Below are positions 37,915-48,300 of a DNA stretch of 64,000 nucleotides, one piece after another (position 1 is the stretch's first letter; every line of letters starts with the position of its first letter). Location: assembly GCA_033762295.1 (NCBI GenBank), contig JANRLW010000069.1:96001-160000 (forward strand), given 5' to 3'. This DNA comes from Capsulimonadales bacterium. GTDB lineage: Bacteria > Armatimonadota > Armatimonadia > Armatimonadales > Armatimonadaceae. The position numbers and the translations under genes were made by a program. Below the pieces are notes generated by a model that was given only the letters and a program-made list of their open reading frames with translations, did no database searches and was not told where the DNA came from.

Positions 37915-39264
37915 TCAGGCCGGAAATCGCCTACCGACCTCGAACAGTCTTTTCCACGCCGCTTCCGCATTCTCCTGTGCCGTTCCGAAGTCCCCCGTAG
38001 GCCGCAAACCGGGCGGGTGGACGGGGGAACCGCCCGCCGAGCGGCAGGCTTCCGTCAGCCGATCCGTCACCTCCGCATGAAGGCGGAGCGCGTTGGCCGG
38101 GTCGCCGTCCGGATCGTCCGTTCGGTACCGAATTTCCAGCAGGCTGCCGTTCGGCGACGGATGACAGAGTTCGATAAACCCCTGGACCGAACGGCCCGCG
38201 AGGGCGGATTGACACGAACGGAAGAGACCTTTTGATTTCGACCAGACGGAGGTAAAGGCGGCCAGATCGACAACGGTTCCCGGCTGGCCGTTGGCGGCGG
38301 CCCAGGCAACATCATACCGCCGCTCGAACCACCGGTCGCCGATCTCCGGTCCGAGCGGTGTGCCGCCGATCTCCTGGCAGACGGCGTAGGCCAGCTGATA
38401 ATGGCCGGTCTGGACGATTTCATCCCCCTCGAACGCCATCAGAAGCAGGGCGGGAACGTCGGCCAGCGCCGCGGCGGAGGCTCGATCGAGCAGACGCAAC
38501 GCGGCAGGACGGGCATCACTGCGGTAGATCAACCGCGCCGCGTCCGTTCCGGTCTCGAAGTCGGGAAAGGAGAAGACGGCGAAGGCGCGGGCTTCGGGCA
38601 GCGGGGACATCCGTAGCGTTGCCGAGGTGACGACTCCGAACGCGCCTTCCGAACCGATCAGGAGATCGTGGCCGTCGAACCGGGTGTTCGCGCCCGGAGC
38701 CGGATCGGTGCGGACGATCGAGCCGTCGAACCGAACGATTTCGACCCCGGCCGTCAGATCGCGAATCCGTCCGTACTTGCCCGAGAGCCAACCGATCGCA
38801 TTGGTCGCCACCGCCCCCCCGACCGTGGACTGACGAAGAGTGCGGGGAAAATGTCCAAGGGTGTAGCCATGCCGGTTCAGCGTCTCCTCCGCCTGCTCGA
38901 ACGCCATGCCCGCGCCGAGAGTCACCAGCAGAGATTCCTCATCCCAGGAAAGTTCCTGAAGCCGTTCGGTCATCAGCGCCAGCCAGGGGCGATCCTCGGG
39001 GGTGAAGGGACGCAGGGAGGAGGCGCCGCCGACCGGGATCACGGAAAGACGTTGGCGATGGCACCACTCGGCCAGCGCGGCGACTTCGTCGACCGTACCG
39101 GGGAAAACGGCGGCGATCGGCAGGGCGACCTCGCCCATCTGCCGGGCCTTCAGGACGGTCGGCGCCCAGGCGGACACACCGCGGCGACGGGAATCCTCAT
39201 CCGTTCGCACATGGTCCGAACCGAGGAGAGCAATCAGCGGCGCTAGAGGAACGGAAGACAACAC
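37915..39264 (-). CDS. FAD-binding oxidoreductase (FAD_binding_4; alkyl-DHAP synthase/GlcD-like)
   Basis: P.GGAS, LGHFP, STVGG..AT...G..S.KYG.I.D, GSEG.FGVVT. Confidence 0.85.
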   Translation of the reverse strand: MLSSVPLAPLIALLGSDHVRTDEDSRRRGVSAWAPTVLKARQMGEVALPIAAVFPGTVDEVAALAEWCHRQRLSVIPVGGASSLRPFTPEDRPWLALMTERLQELSWDEESLLVTLGAGMAFEQAEETLNRHGYTLGHFPRTLRQSTVGGAVATNAIGWLSGKYGRIRDLTAGVEIVRFDGSIVRTDPAPGANTRFDGHDLLIGSEGAFGVVTSATLRMSPLPEARAFAVFSFPDFETGTDAARLIYRSDARPAALRLLDRASAAALADVPALLLMAFEGDEIVQTGHYQLAYAVCQEIGGTPLGPEIGDRWFERRYDVAWAAANGQPGTVVDLAAFTSVWSKSKGLFRSCQSALAGRSVQGFIELCHPSPNGSLLEIRYRTDDPDGDPANALRLHAEVTDRLTEACRSAGGSPVHPPGLRPTGDFGTAQENAEAAWKRLFEVGRRFPA

Positions 39265-39306
39265 TCTGATCGTCAGTATACCCGACTTATTCGACCTACC
39301 CGACCG

Positions 39307-40689
39307 CTACTTCCCGATGCAGAACCGGGCGAAGATACCGGCGATAATCTCCTCACGGGCGGTCTCGCCGGTAATCGCTCCCAGATGGCTCAGCGCGGCG
39401 AAAAGGTCGACGGAGACCAGTTCGGGTTCCCCGCCCGATTCCAGGGTCTCCAGGCCGCGTTCGATACTCGTTCGGGCTTCCCGCAACGACCGTTCGTGTC
39501 GTATGGACGTCACCAGGGGAGCGACGCCGGTTTCGCTCTCTCCGGCAGTGGCCGCCGCCGCGATGGCGTGCGCCAGTTCCGGAAGTCCCTGACCCGTCCT
39601 GGCCGAAACCGGAATCGCCGCCCATGGAAGAGAGTCGGACGGCAGGGAAAAATCGGGCGTAGCGCAGTCGGATTTGTTGATGGCAAGCACCACCGGACGT
39701 CCGCTGAGCGAGGACAGCAGGTCCAGGTCGTCCGCCGAGATCGGGGACGACGCATCGAGAACCCCGACCACGACGTCCGCGTCCGCCGCCGCCCGCCGCG
39801 CCCGTTCGACGCCGATACGCTCCACCGGATCGTCCGTCCGGCGAAGTCCGGCGGTATCCAGGGCGCGAACCGGGATTCCGGCAAGGTTCAACTGCTCCTC
39901 GACGATATCGCGAGTGGTTCCGGGCAGCGGAGTGACGATCGCCCGGTCGGTGCCCGACAGAGCGTTCAGCAGCGACGATTTGCCGACATTGGGCCGGCCG
40001 GTCAGCACGACCGTGATTCCCTCCCGGAGACGGCGTCCGTAATTCGCCCCCCGCAACAGATCGGACATGGCCTCACGTGCGTCCCGAAGAAGCGCGGAGA
40101 TTGCGTCAACGTCCGGGTCACCCACATCGTCCGGGAAGTCGATCGACGCTTCCAGGTAAGCCAGCGCCGTCCGAAGCAGGTCCGCGCACCGACGAACGGC
40201 GGCGGAAAGTTCTCCGCTCAACTGCCGGCGTGCCGCCCGTTGCGCGTCCACGGTCCCGGCGGCGATCATGTCAGCGATCGCTTCGGCCTGAGCGAGGTCA
40301 AGTTTGCCATGGAGAAACGCCCGTTCGCTGAACTCGCCGGGCCGGGCGATCCGCGCTCCGGCGGTGAGAAAGGCATGCAGGAGGCGGGTCAGGTTGACCG
40401 TGCCTCCATGGCCATGGAATTCGACCACGTGTTCGCCGGTGAAGGAGCGGGGGGCGGGAAAGCCGACGATCAGGCCGTCATCCAGGGTCTCGCCGGTATC
40501 GGGATCGAGAATGCGTGTCCGGTGAAGGGTTCGCGGCGGACGGCGTTCGAGCGGGGTGGGTTCGCGCGTCAGGCGGTCGGCGACGACAAACGCCTGCGGC
40601 CCGGAAAGCCGCAGGATTCCGACGCCCGCCGGGCCGACCGGGGTGGCGATGGCAACGATCGTGTCGTTCCGAGAGATTTCCGGCTTCAC
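39307..40689 (-). CDS. mnmE: tRNA modification GTPase MnmE/TrmE (GTG start overlapping upstream TGA)
   Basis: DTIVAIATP, PRSFTGE, GEFSERAF, GRPNVGKSS, GTTRD, DTAG, NKSD, FCIGK. Confidence 0.97.
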   Translation of the reverse strand: MKPEISRNDTIVAIATPVGPAGVGILRLSGPQAFVVADRLTREPTPLERRPPRTLHRTRILDPDTGETLDDGLIVGFPAPRSFTGEHVVEFHGHGGTVNLTRLLHAFLTAGARIARPGEFSERAFLHGKLDLAQAEAIADMIAAGTVDAQRAARRQLSGELSAAVRRCADLLRTALAYLEASIDFPDDVGDPDVDAISALLRDAREAMSDLLRGANYGRRLREGITVVLTGRPNVGKSSLLNALSGTDRAIVTPLPGTTRDIVEEQLNLAGIPVRALDTAGLRRTDDPVERIGVERARRAAADADVVVGVLDASSPISADDLDLLSSLSGRPVVLAINKSDCATPDFSLPSDSLPWAAIPVSARTGQGLPELAHAIAAAATAGESETGVAPLVTSIRHERSLREARTSIERGLETLESGGEPELVSVDLFAALSHLGAITGETAREEIIAGIFARFCIGK

Positions 40690-41285
40690 GGGGTGGAGGA
40701 GGGCGGGTCCGGGAAAGGAACGTTTTCGAAGTTCGGAACGAACGGAACGGGCGGTCGGCTTCCGTTGGTGGCCGGCCCGGCAGGTCTGCCCGGAAGGTTC
40801 AGGTCGCCCGATCCGAGGGTTCCGCCGGCGGCTTCGGCGCGCGCGCGGGTGATTCCCTGCAGAACGGCCATTCCCTGGCGAACGGTCGCGTTGATCAGCC
40901 AGCCGGTGACCAGCAGGTGGGCGACGGACGAGATAACGCCCCAGAGAATGGTCGCCCGCCCGAGTTCTGCCTTTCGTCGGTCGTCCAGCATGAGAAAGAC
41001 GATTCCGACGGGAACGGCGACGAACGGAAAGAGCAGGGCAAGGGCGACGGCGGCCCAGAGAGCGACGGCGGGGTCCGGGGCGTCGGCGGTCGCGGCATAG
41101 GGGACCGGTGTGGGAGCCGGATTCGCGGGACCCGCCGGAGCGACGGACGGTGGGGCGGAAGCGGGCGGACGTGGAGCGGCACCCGCGCCGGTCAGCGAGG
41201 TGCCGCACTTCCAGCAGGCGGCCTGCGTGGAGAAATTGTTCGCTCCGCAACGCGGGCAGATCGCTCGACCGGCGGTAGCTGCCAT
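40686..41285 (-). CDS. Zinc-ribbon membrane protein
   Basis: CPRC..NN......CWKC zinc finger, Pro-rich linker, two TM helices. Confidence 0.75.
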   Translation of the reverse strand: MAATAGRAICPRCGANNFSTQAACWKCGTSLTGAGAAPRPPASAPPSVAPAGPANPAPTPVPYAATADAPDPAVALWAAVALALLFPFVAVPVGIVFLMLDDRRKAELGRATILWGVISSVAHLLVTGWLINATVRQGMAVLQGITRARAEAAGGTLGSGDLNLPGRPAGPATNGSRPPVPFVPNFENVPFPDPPSSTP

Positions 41286-41291
41286 CCGCAA

Positions 41292-41570
41292 TCAGTCCTT
41301 ATCGTCGAAATGCTGTTCGGTCCGTCCGTGACCGAAGGAGGAACTCGGATCGTTGGCGATGGAATTCCAGTCGAGTCCCGACCGCTGGAACACGAAGTAA
41401 GCGGCCGCGAGAAACGCGACAACGACCAGACCGATCAGGATGAAATTTCGACGTACCACGGCCGGATCGGTCTTCGGGCGCAAAACCTCGGTCGTGGTGT
41501 CGTTTCGACCGGTCTGGTTGAAGGACTTGAGTCCCAGGCTGTTGGTCGGCTGGCTGTCGGGCTGTGGCAT
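41292..41570 (-). CDS. Small single-TM hypothetical protein
   Basis: ORF with one TM (FILIGLVVVAFLAAAYFVF), 6 nt upstream of the next gene. Confidence 0.6.
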   Translation of the reverse strand: MPQPDSQPTNSLGLKSFNQTGRNDTTTEVLRPKTDPAVVRRNFILIGLVVVAFLAAAYFVFQRSGLDWNSIANDPSSSFGHGRTEQHFDDKD

Positions 41571-41846
41571 AAAGCGTTCTTCCGGTCCTTTGCGGCCGTG
41601 CAATCGCGGGAACCTCCCGCGCTGCATATCGGGTAATTTTAAAGGGTTTGGTAACTTTGATTGTATCGCAAAACCAAGAGAAATCCGGGGCGCGGCTGCC
41701 GATAATTCCTGTAACAATGACAACGGGTAATTCTCTAAGAGAACGTGGAACCGGTCTGCGAACGGTTGGTGGTTCGTGGTCGGCAGAACGCGGGGCAGCC
41801 CGAACCTTCAAAGGCAAACCCTCGTTTCCCGGAACGGTAGCGTCAA

Positions 41847-42986
41847 ATGAAGCAGGTATCCAGGTTGGGTGATGAGGTCTGCGCCGAAATCCGTCCCCTT
41901 TTGTCGGTCGTGGCGGACGGTGAGGCAAGCACGGAGGAGACAGGACGGGTGAACGCCCATCTGTCGGGATGTGCCGCCTGTGCCTCCCATTTTGCATTTC
42001 TGCAGGCGATGGACTCCGCCTTTCGTAACATACCGCGGGAGGCGGCCTCCGCGGCCGGCTACGAGCGGATTCGGATGGCGACCTTTGCCCGTCCGTCCCT
42101 TGGCGAACGTCTCCGCGGATGGCTCGCGCCGAACGGTCTTGCCATGGGGGTGGGAACGGTCGCCGTGGTGGGGATCCTCTCCTTTGTCCTTCTGCGGGTG
42201 AACGCGCCGACCGCGCCGACCGCCGACCCTCCGGAAATGGCACAGCAAACTGCCTCCCCGACGCCGGCAGCGATCCCGTCCGCGATCCCTGCTCCCGTCC
42301 CGGTCGCTGACCCGACTCCGACCGTCTCCATCGCGGCGGTCCCGACCGTTCCGACCGTCCCGACCGTGAAGCCGGACAGGAAAAACCCGACCATCGCTCG
42401 ACGGGAAAATCGGTCCGCACCTGCCGGGTCCGCCTCCCAACCCGTGATCCGGCCCGTGATCCGGAAACCGGTGCTCGTGGCGTCGAGTTCCGCGTCCTCC
42501 TCGACGAAATCGACGGGACGAAAGCGGACGGCGGAGAAGTCCGTCGGCGCGCCGACCGTTCGACCCGTACGTATGGTGGCGAAATCGGTGCCGAACCCGG
42601 TAGCGAACCCGGTAGCGAACCCGGTGCGTCGTTCCCTGAAACCGATGGCGCGAATGAATACGCTTGCCGCGGTAAATCGCTCGGCCGAGACCCCGGTGGT
42701 GGCGGCTCCGGAACCGAGGACGGCGGCGATCGAATCGACGCCGGTGGCCGCTGCATCGTCCGGTCCGGTCCGGATCGCGCGTGTGGATCGGAATGTCGTT
42801 CCGGCCGCCGGGGTGACAAATGCGAACGACGGGTTCCGGTTGGCCGGCGCGGGAACGAATGCGCGAAATCTGCCTCGGGATCTGGACCTGGGCGGACTGC
42901 AGGTGCGCAGTGTCGCGGCGAATAAAACGTCCGCGACCCTGGTGACCGCGCCGCTGGATTCGCCGACGCCGACGGCGCGACGGTAG
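41847..42986 (+). CDS. zf-HC2 anti-sigma factor-like membrane protein
   Basis: C..IRPLLS...DGE...HLSGCAAC (HxxxCxxC), one TM, long Pro/Ala/Thr-rich tail. Confidence 0.8.
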   Translation: MKQVSRLGDEVCAEIRPLLSVVADGEASTEETGRVNAHLSGCAACASHFAFLQAMDSAFRNIPREAASAAGYERIRMATFARPSLGERLRGWLAPNGLAMGVGTVAVVGILSFVLLRVNAPTAPTADPPEMAQQTASPTPAAIPSAIPAPVPVADPTPTVSIAAVPTVPTVPTVKPDRKNPTIARRENRSAPAGSASQPVIRPVIRKPVLVASSSASSSTKSTGRKRTAEKSVGAPTVRPVRMVAKSVPNPVANPVANPVRRSLKPMARMNTLAAVNRSAETPVVAAPEPRTAAIESTPVAAASSGPVRIARVDRNVVPAAGVTNANDGFRLAGAGTNARNLPRDLDLGGLQVRSVAANKTSATLVTAPLDSPTPTARR

Positions 42987-43184
42987 TCTGCCAGCACACC
43001 GGTTTTCAGCCTGCGTCGGAACTTTTGGACCGGTTTATGGTAGAATATACTGGCGGAGACCGCAAGAATCGGCTCGGATTGGCTGACGAACGATTCCGCT
43101 TCGCCCGGTTCGGTTCGGCAGGTCCCGTTCGGAACCGCCGGAGGGAGAACGGCGCCACCCCGTTCTCGCCGCAGGAGGTAGAGC

Positions 43185-43565
43185 ATGAGTAGTCGTACCG
43201 CGATTCGTTGTAGTTGTGGGCAGCGCATCGGCCAACGCGAAGTGATGCACACCGGCTACTACCCGCGGATGTTCGGCCCGAGTCTGGTTTGCGTCCGCTA
43301 CCGCTGTTCCCGCTGCAAGAAACTGGGAGAGCAGTATGTCCGGCAGGAGGAGTGGGAAAACGGGATTCTAAAGGATGCCACGGTGGAGATGAACGGATCG
43401 GAGAAGGAGCGATTTGCCGCTCTGGGACCGATCGAAATGGGCGAACTGGTCGAGTTTCATCAAGCGCTGGAAAAACTTCCGACCCTGTCGGATCTCAATA
43501 AGGAATTTCGCAAGCCGGAATCGTCCGGAACGGAAAATACGGGCTCGAATCGCGAGGATGCCTGA
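43185..43565 (+). CDS. Small zinc-binding hypothetical protein
   Basis: CSC and CSRC pairs; AGGAGGT SD. Confidence 0.75.
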   Translation: MSSRTAIRCSCGQRIGQREVMHTGYYPRMFGPSLVCVRYRCSRCKKLGEQYVRQEEWENGILKDATVEMNGSEKERFAALGPIEMGELVEFHQALEKLPTLSDLNKEFRKPESSGTENTGSNREDA

Positions 43566-43585
43566 TCGAGCCCTGCGCACGGAAA

Positions 43586-43624
43586 GAACGGGCGAACCCC
43601 CAGCGGGTTCGCCCGTTCGCTTTC
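43586..43624. terminator. Bidirectional terminator
   Basis: gaacgggcgaaccc/gggttcgcccgttc stem between convergent genes. Confidence 0.75.
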
Positions 43625-44105
43625 ACGAGTGACCGCCGGATTCCCCCCGCAACAGCGCGACCGCATGCGGAAACAACGGAAGCAAAAGGCGCATCCCGTC
43701 CCGAACCGCGCCCGGACTCCCCGGAAGATTGACGATCAGGGTATGTCCGCAGATGCCGGCGACCCCGCGCCCGAGGGCCGCCTGCGGAACACGGGTCAGG
43801 CTGTCCTGACGCAATAGCTCGGCGATTCCCGGCGCATTTTTGTCGAGGATCGAAACTGTCGCCTCCGGGGTCACGTCGCGCGGCGCGAATCCGGTGCCAC
43901 CCGTGGTCACGATCACGTCACAGCCCGCTTCGCACATCGCCACCAGTTGCATCGCGATCTCTCCCTCCTCGTCCGGAACGAGCAGACGGAGGAAAACATC
44001 GTACTCGTCGGGCGGGAGATGATTCTCGACTTCCGGTCCGGAAAGATCCTCACGTTCACCCCGGGAGCAACGATCGGAAACGGTCATTATGCCGACACGG
44101 ATCAT
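43623..44105 (-). CDS. mog: MogA/MoaB molybdopterin adenylyltransferase family
   Basis: TVSDR..G.REDLSG, TTGGTG..PRDVTPEAT, NLPGSP. Confidence 0.9.
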   Translation of the reverse strand: MIRVGIMTVSDRCSRGEREDLSGPEVENHLPPDEYDVFLRLLVPDEEGEIAMQLVAMCEAGCDVIVTTGGTGFAPRDVTPEATVSILDKNAPGIAELLRQDSLTRVPQAALGRGVAGICGHTLIVNLPGSPGAVRDGMRLLLPLFPHAVALLRGESGGHS

Positions 44106-44192
44106 ACGGAACGGTTCGACAGAGCGAGCACGGTTTCCTCTCGTTCGACGCTCCTCCCGCTCCTCGCCGGCTTCGTCCCGATCGCAGAGGCG

Positions 44193-45230
44193 CTACCCCC
44201 CGATCTGCGCCATGATTCGAAGGCTGCCACCACGCATCAGACGGCCCTCGAAATCCGATTTTTCCGGTTTGTGGGCGAGAGCCGCGCACGTATGCTCCAG
44301 GATGGCCCGGTCATCGCACCCGTTTCGAAGCGGCGTCATCAGGTCGTATTCGTAGTTGTCGGAAAGACACGGCACCAATCGCCCGTTCGCGGTCAGGCGG
44401 AGCCGGTTACAGCCGTCGCAGAAGCGGTGCGAAATCGGATTGATTACGCCCACGGTTCCCTGAGCCCCCGGAAGCGCGAAGTTGCGCGACGTTGAGGACA
44501 CCTCCTCCGGGATCGGCGCGAGGTCCGGAAATACGTCCTTCAGACGTTCGATCACTTCCTCGTTCGAGACGTACCGCGCCCGCCATTCCGGAGGCGACAC
44601 CATCCCGATCGGCATGTACTCCAGAAAACGGACGCTCAGCGGACGGGTCAGGGTCAATCGGGCAAAGTCGACGATCTCGTCGTCGTTGACTCCGCGCATC
44701 ACGACGCAGTTGAGCTTGATCGGTGCGAAGCCGACCGCCAGCGCCGCTTCGACCCCGTCCCAGGCGCGAACATACTCGGGGCGGCGCGCAATCCTTTCAA
44801 AACGGTCCGGACGAAGCGTGTCCATCGAGATGTTGACCCGACGGATACCGGCGGCAAAAAGCGCCGATGCGTCCCGGGGAAGGAGGATGCCGTTGGTGGT
44901 CAGCGTCACTTCGCGAACGCCGGGAACCGCGCCCAGACGCGCCGCCAGTTCGGGAACGTTCTTTCTCACCAGCGGTTGGCCGCCGGTCAGGCGGATTTTT
45001 CGTAACCCCGCCGTCGCCAGGACGCGGACGATCCGTTCTATCTCCTCCCAGGTAAGAACCTGTGCCGGGTCCTCATAAGGGACACCCTCCTCCGGCATGC
45101 AGTAAACGCACCGCAGATTGCACCGGTCGGTGAGGGAAATACGGAGGTATTCGATACGGCGACCGAACCGGTCCCGAACCCCGGCATCGAACATGGGCAG
45201 CGAGAATGGAGACGCATCTTTCACCGACAT
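44193..45230 (-). CDS. moaA: GTP 3',8-cyclase MoaA (radical SAM)
   Basis: YLRISLTDRCNLRCVYC, FC..CNRLRLTA.G.L.PCL, C-terminal IGG. Confidence 0.95.
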   Translation of the reverse strand: MSVKDASPFSLPMFDAGVRDRFGRRIEYLRISLTDRCNLRCVYCMPEEGVPYEDPAQVLTWEEIERIVRVLATAGLRKIRLTGGQPLVRKNVPELAARLGAVPGVREVTLTTNGILLPRDASALFAAGIRRVNISMDTLRPDRFERIARRPEYVRAWDGVEAALAVGFAPIKLNCVVMRGVNDDEIVDFARLTLTRPLSVRFLEYMPIGMVSPPEWRARYVSNEEVIERLKDVFPDLAPIPEEVSSTSRNFALPGAQGTVGVINPISHRFCDGCNRLRLTANGRLVPCLSDNYEYDLMTPLRNGCDDRAILEHTCAALAHKPEKSDFEGRLMRGGSLRIMAQIGG

Positions 45231-45236
45231 GGATTG

Positions 45237-45242
45237 ATTTTA
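45237..45242 (-). promoter_or_regulatory. -10 box TAAAAT 6 nt upstream of moaA ATG (leaderless type)
   Basis: Minus strand gggTAAAATcaatccATG. Confidence 0.55.
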
Positions 45243-45330
45243 CCCTTCTTGCGATCGACGCGCCTGTCCGGAGTATGACCGACCGATATCAGTATGCAAT
45301 AAGCTCTGCAGGTATATTCAAAATTATCGG

Positions 45331-45359
45331 TTGAAACATTAAAAAGTCTACCGTATCAT
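45331..45359 (+). promoter_or_regulatory. Sigma70-type promoter TTGAAA-17-TATCAT
   Basis: Exact 17-nt spacer; ATG 45367 lies 7 nt after the -10 box. Confidence 0.7.
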
Positions 45360-45366
45360 TGTGACT

Positions 45367-48300
45367 ATGGAGAAAGCGGACGAACTATCGAGAGAGGACG
45401 CCGCCGGCGGTCGCGTCGTTCCGCCTTCGCCGATCCTCGTTCACCTGCTCGGGGAGTTGCGGCTTTGCATCGGCGGTGAAACCATCACCGGGTTTCGGTC
45501 GAGAAAGGCGCGCGCGCTTCTAGCCTATCTGGCGTTCTTTCGCGAACGGCGGCATTCGCGGGAGATGCTGGCCGAACGTTTCTGGCCGGAAGCGGTGTCG
45601 TCAAAGTCGCGAACCAGTTTGAATACGGAACTCTATGCGCTCCGAAACCAGCTCGAGCGACCCGGAACTCCCCCAAACACGATTCTCATCTGCGATACGG
45701 TTTCCGTCGGGCTGAACCCCGACCTGGTGACGACCGATATCAAACGGTTTGCCGACCGCCTCGCGCAGGCCGAACGCCTCGGTAACGACGAACGGGCGAT
45801 TCCGGTTCTCCGCTCCGCGCTTGCTCTGGCGAACGAAGAATTTCTGCCCGGTTCTTATGAGGAGTGGGCGTTGCACGAGCGGGAGCGACATCGGGAACGG
45901 TTCGTTACCTCGGCGCTGCGTCTGGCGCGTCTCCTGAAGGAGTTCGGGAACAAGGAAGAAGAGGCGCACTGGCTCAAAGAGGTCGTTCGTATCGATCCGA
46001 CCCACTCCGAAGCGGTAACCCATCTCTTTCGACATCTCCTCGACGAGCGACGAGAGACCGAGGCGGTCGCGATCTATCGGGAACTCCGGGACCGATTGCA
46101 GTCCACCTGGAATATGGAACCTCCGCCCGAGGTTCGGACGACGATGGCGCCCTTGCTCGCCGTCTATACCGCTCCTGCGCGTCGAACACGATCGTCCGGA
46201 CCCGGACGGACGGCGGCGCTGGCGACGGCGGCGATCGCGGACATGGCGGTCGCTGGACGTCAGGATGCGCCGGAAGATCGGACCGTGCCGACGCGACGCG
46301 TCAAAACCGACACCGCCCCCGAACTGCTGAACGAAGCGCCCGGCCGGGAGAACTGGCTGCCCGCTCCGCTCACCCGATTCTACGGGCGCGAGAACGAACT
46401 GACACGGCTGCGCTGGATGCTCGGAGATCCGAATCATCGCCTGATTACCCTCACGGGTCCGGGCGGCATCGGAAAGACCCGGTTGGCGTTGAGCCTCGCC
46501 CGACGATTGCGCGAGCCGGCGGGAATATCGGAGGGGATGTCCGAGGGAATGCGCGTGCTGTTCGTGTCCGTCGCCGATGCGCGGACGATTCCCGCGCTCC
46601 TGGAGTGTGTAAAGCAGGGGTTCGGAATCCACACGAAAAAGACCGCCGACGCCATGACCGCCATCGTCGATTTTCTTCGCACCGAGCCGACCCTGCTGAT
46701 CCTCGATAACTTCGAACAGCTGATCGGCGTCGGCGCGGAGCGATGGGTGGAGGAACTGTTGCAGCGAGTGCCCGCTCTCACCTGCCTGGTGACCTCCCGC
46801 ATCCGGCTGCCGCTGCAGGGGGAGTCGGAATTTCCCGTTTTGCCGCTCGAGGTTCCGGAGGAGCCTGACGAACCGCAGGATACCGAAACCGTGCTCCGGG
46901 ACTATCCGGCCGTCGCTCTGTTCGTTGACCGGGCGCAGCAGGCCGTTCCCTACTTCCCCGTGAACCGGAAGACGGTCACCGCCATCATTCGACTGGTTCG
47001 CTACCTCGAGGGGATTCCGCTGGCGATCGAACTGGCCGCGGCCCGCGCACGGGTATATCCTCCGGCGCAGATGCTCGAGCAGATGACCTCCCGGTTCCGG
47101 GTTCTCGTCAGCCATCGACCGATGTTCGAAGAACGCCACCGCTCGTTGCGGGCCACGATCGAATGGAGCTTCCGGTTGCTGACGGAGGAGCAGCGGGCGT
47201 TTTTCCTGCGATTGGCCGTTCTGCGCGGTGCCTGGATCACCGAGGATGCGGAAGCGGTCACCGGAGTTCCCGACCCGGCGGAGTTTCTGGCCGACCTTGC
47301 CGACGCTTCCCTGGTCCGGACCGAGTTCGGCGCCGATCGCATCCGCTTCCGGATGCTGGAAACGATCCGCGATTTCGCTCTGGAAAAACTCGAGGAAAGT
47401 CTCAACCGGGACGAGCGAGAACGTCTGTACGACCGGCACGTCGCCCGGTTCGTGTCGGTGGCGGAGGAACTGCTCAAAGCGCGGGACGGCAACGATCAGG
47501 CAACGTGGCGGGAGGAGATACGGCGCAGCCACGAGAACTGCTGCGCCGCGCTGGAACGATGCCTGGAAACACCGGGACTTCCGGCCCTGGAATCGAGCGT
47601 TCGCATCGTCGCGTCGCTCAGCCGATTCTGGCGTCTCGAGGGCTGGCACCGCCCCGGAATCGTCTATCTGGAACGGATTCGAGAGCGGTCCGAGTGGCCG
47701 GAGCTTTCGGTCCGGATGCGCAGTTCGCTTCTGAACGGGATCGGTATGCTCAAGATGGAGACCGGACAGACGGACGAAGCGGAACCCTTTTTCCATGAGG
47801 CGCGAGAGCTGCTCCTGGCAGCCGGGGACGAAAACGGTGCGTTCGCCGCCCTGCATAACCTGGCGATTCTGGCCGGATTGCGCGGAAGAGGCGCGGAAAC
47901 GTACCACTGGCTGGAAGAGTGTCTGGCATACTGGAGAAGAGTCAACGATCCGCAAAAGATCAGCCTGACCCTGACCAACCTCGCCTGCGAGAGCGCCGAA
48001 CTCGGCGATACCGAACGCGCCCGTACCCTTCTGGAGGAGAGCTGCCACATCGCCCGGACCGTCGGACAGGTATTGCCGGAAAGTAATGCGCTGGTCTGCC
48101 TGGGTTTCCTGATGTTCGAACGGGGAGATCGGAACGCGGCGGAGCAACGGTTGCGCGACAGTCTTCGTCTCCAGTCGCAGCTGCGGAACTGGAAGGAAGC
48201 CGCGTTGATTTTGCTGGCGCTGTCGGAAATGATCGATCCGGACGGCGATAACCTCACGGAGGGCGGAATGGCCCGAACGGCCTCCGATTACCTGGCGTCC

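Noticed and set aside
40690..41250. 187-aa N-terminal extension of MnmE in the ORF track
   Set aside because: Overlaps the zinc-ribbon gene; the conserved MnmE start fits GTG 40689
42340..42628. Short tandem repeats (ccgaccgt x3; gaacccggtagc x2.7)
   Set aside because: In-frame PTV and NPVA repeats of a low-complexity linker; no spacers, so not CRISPR
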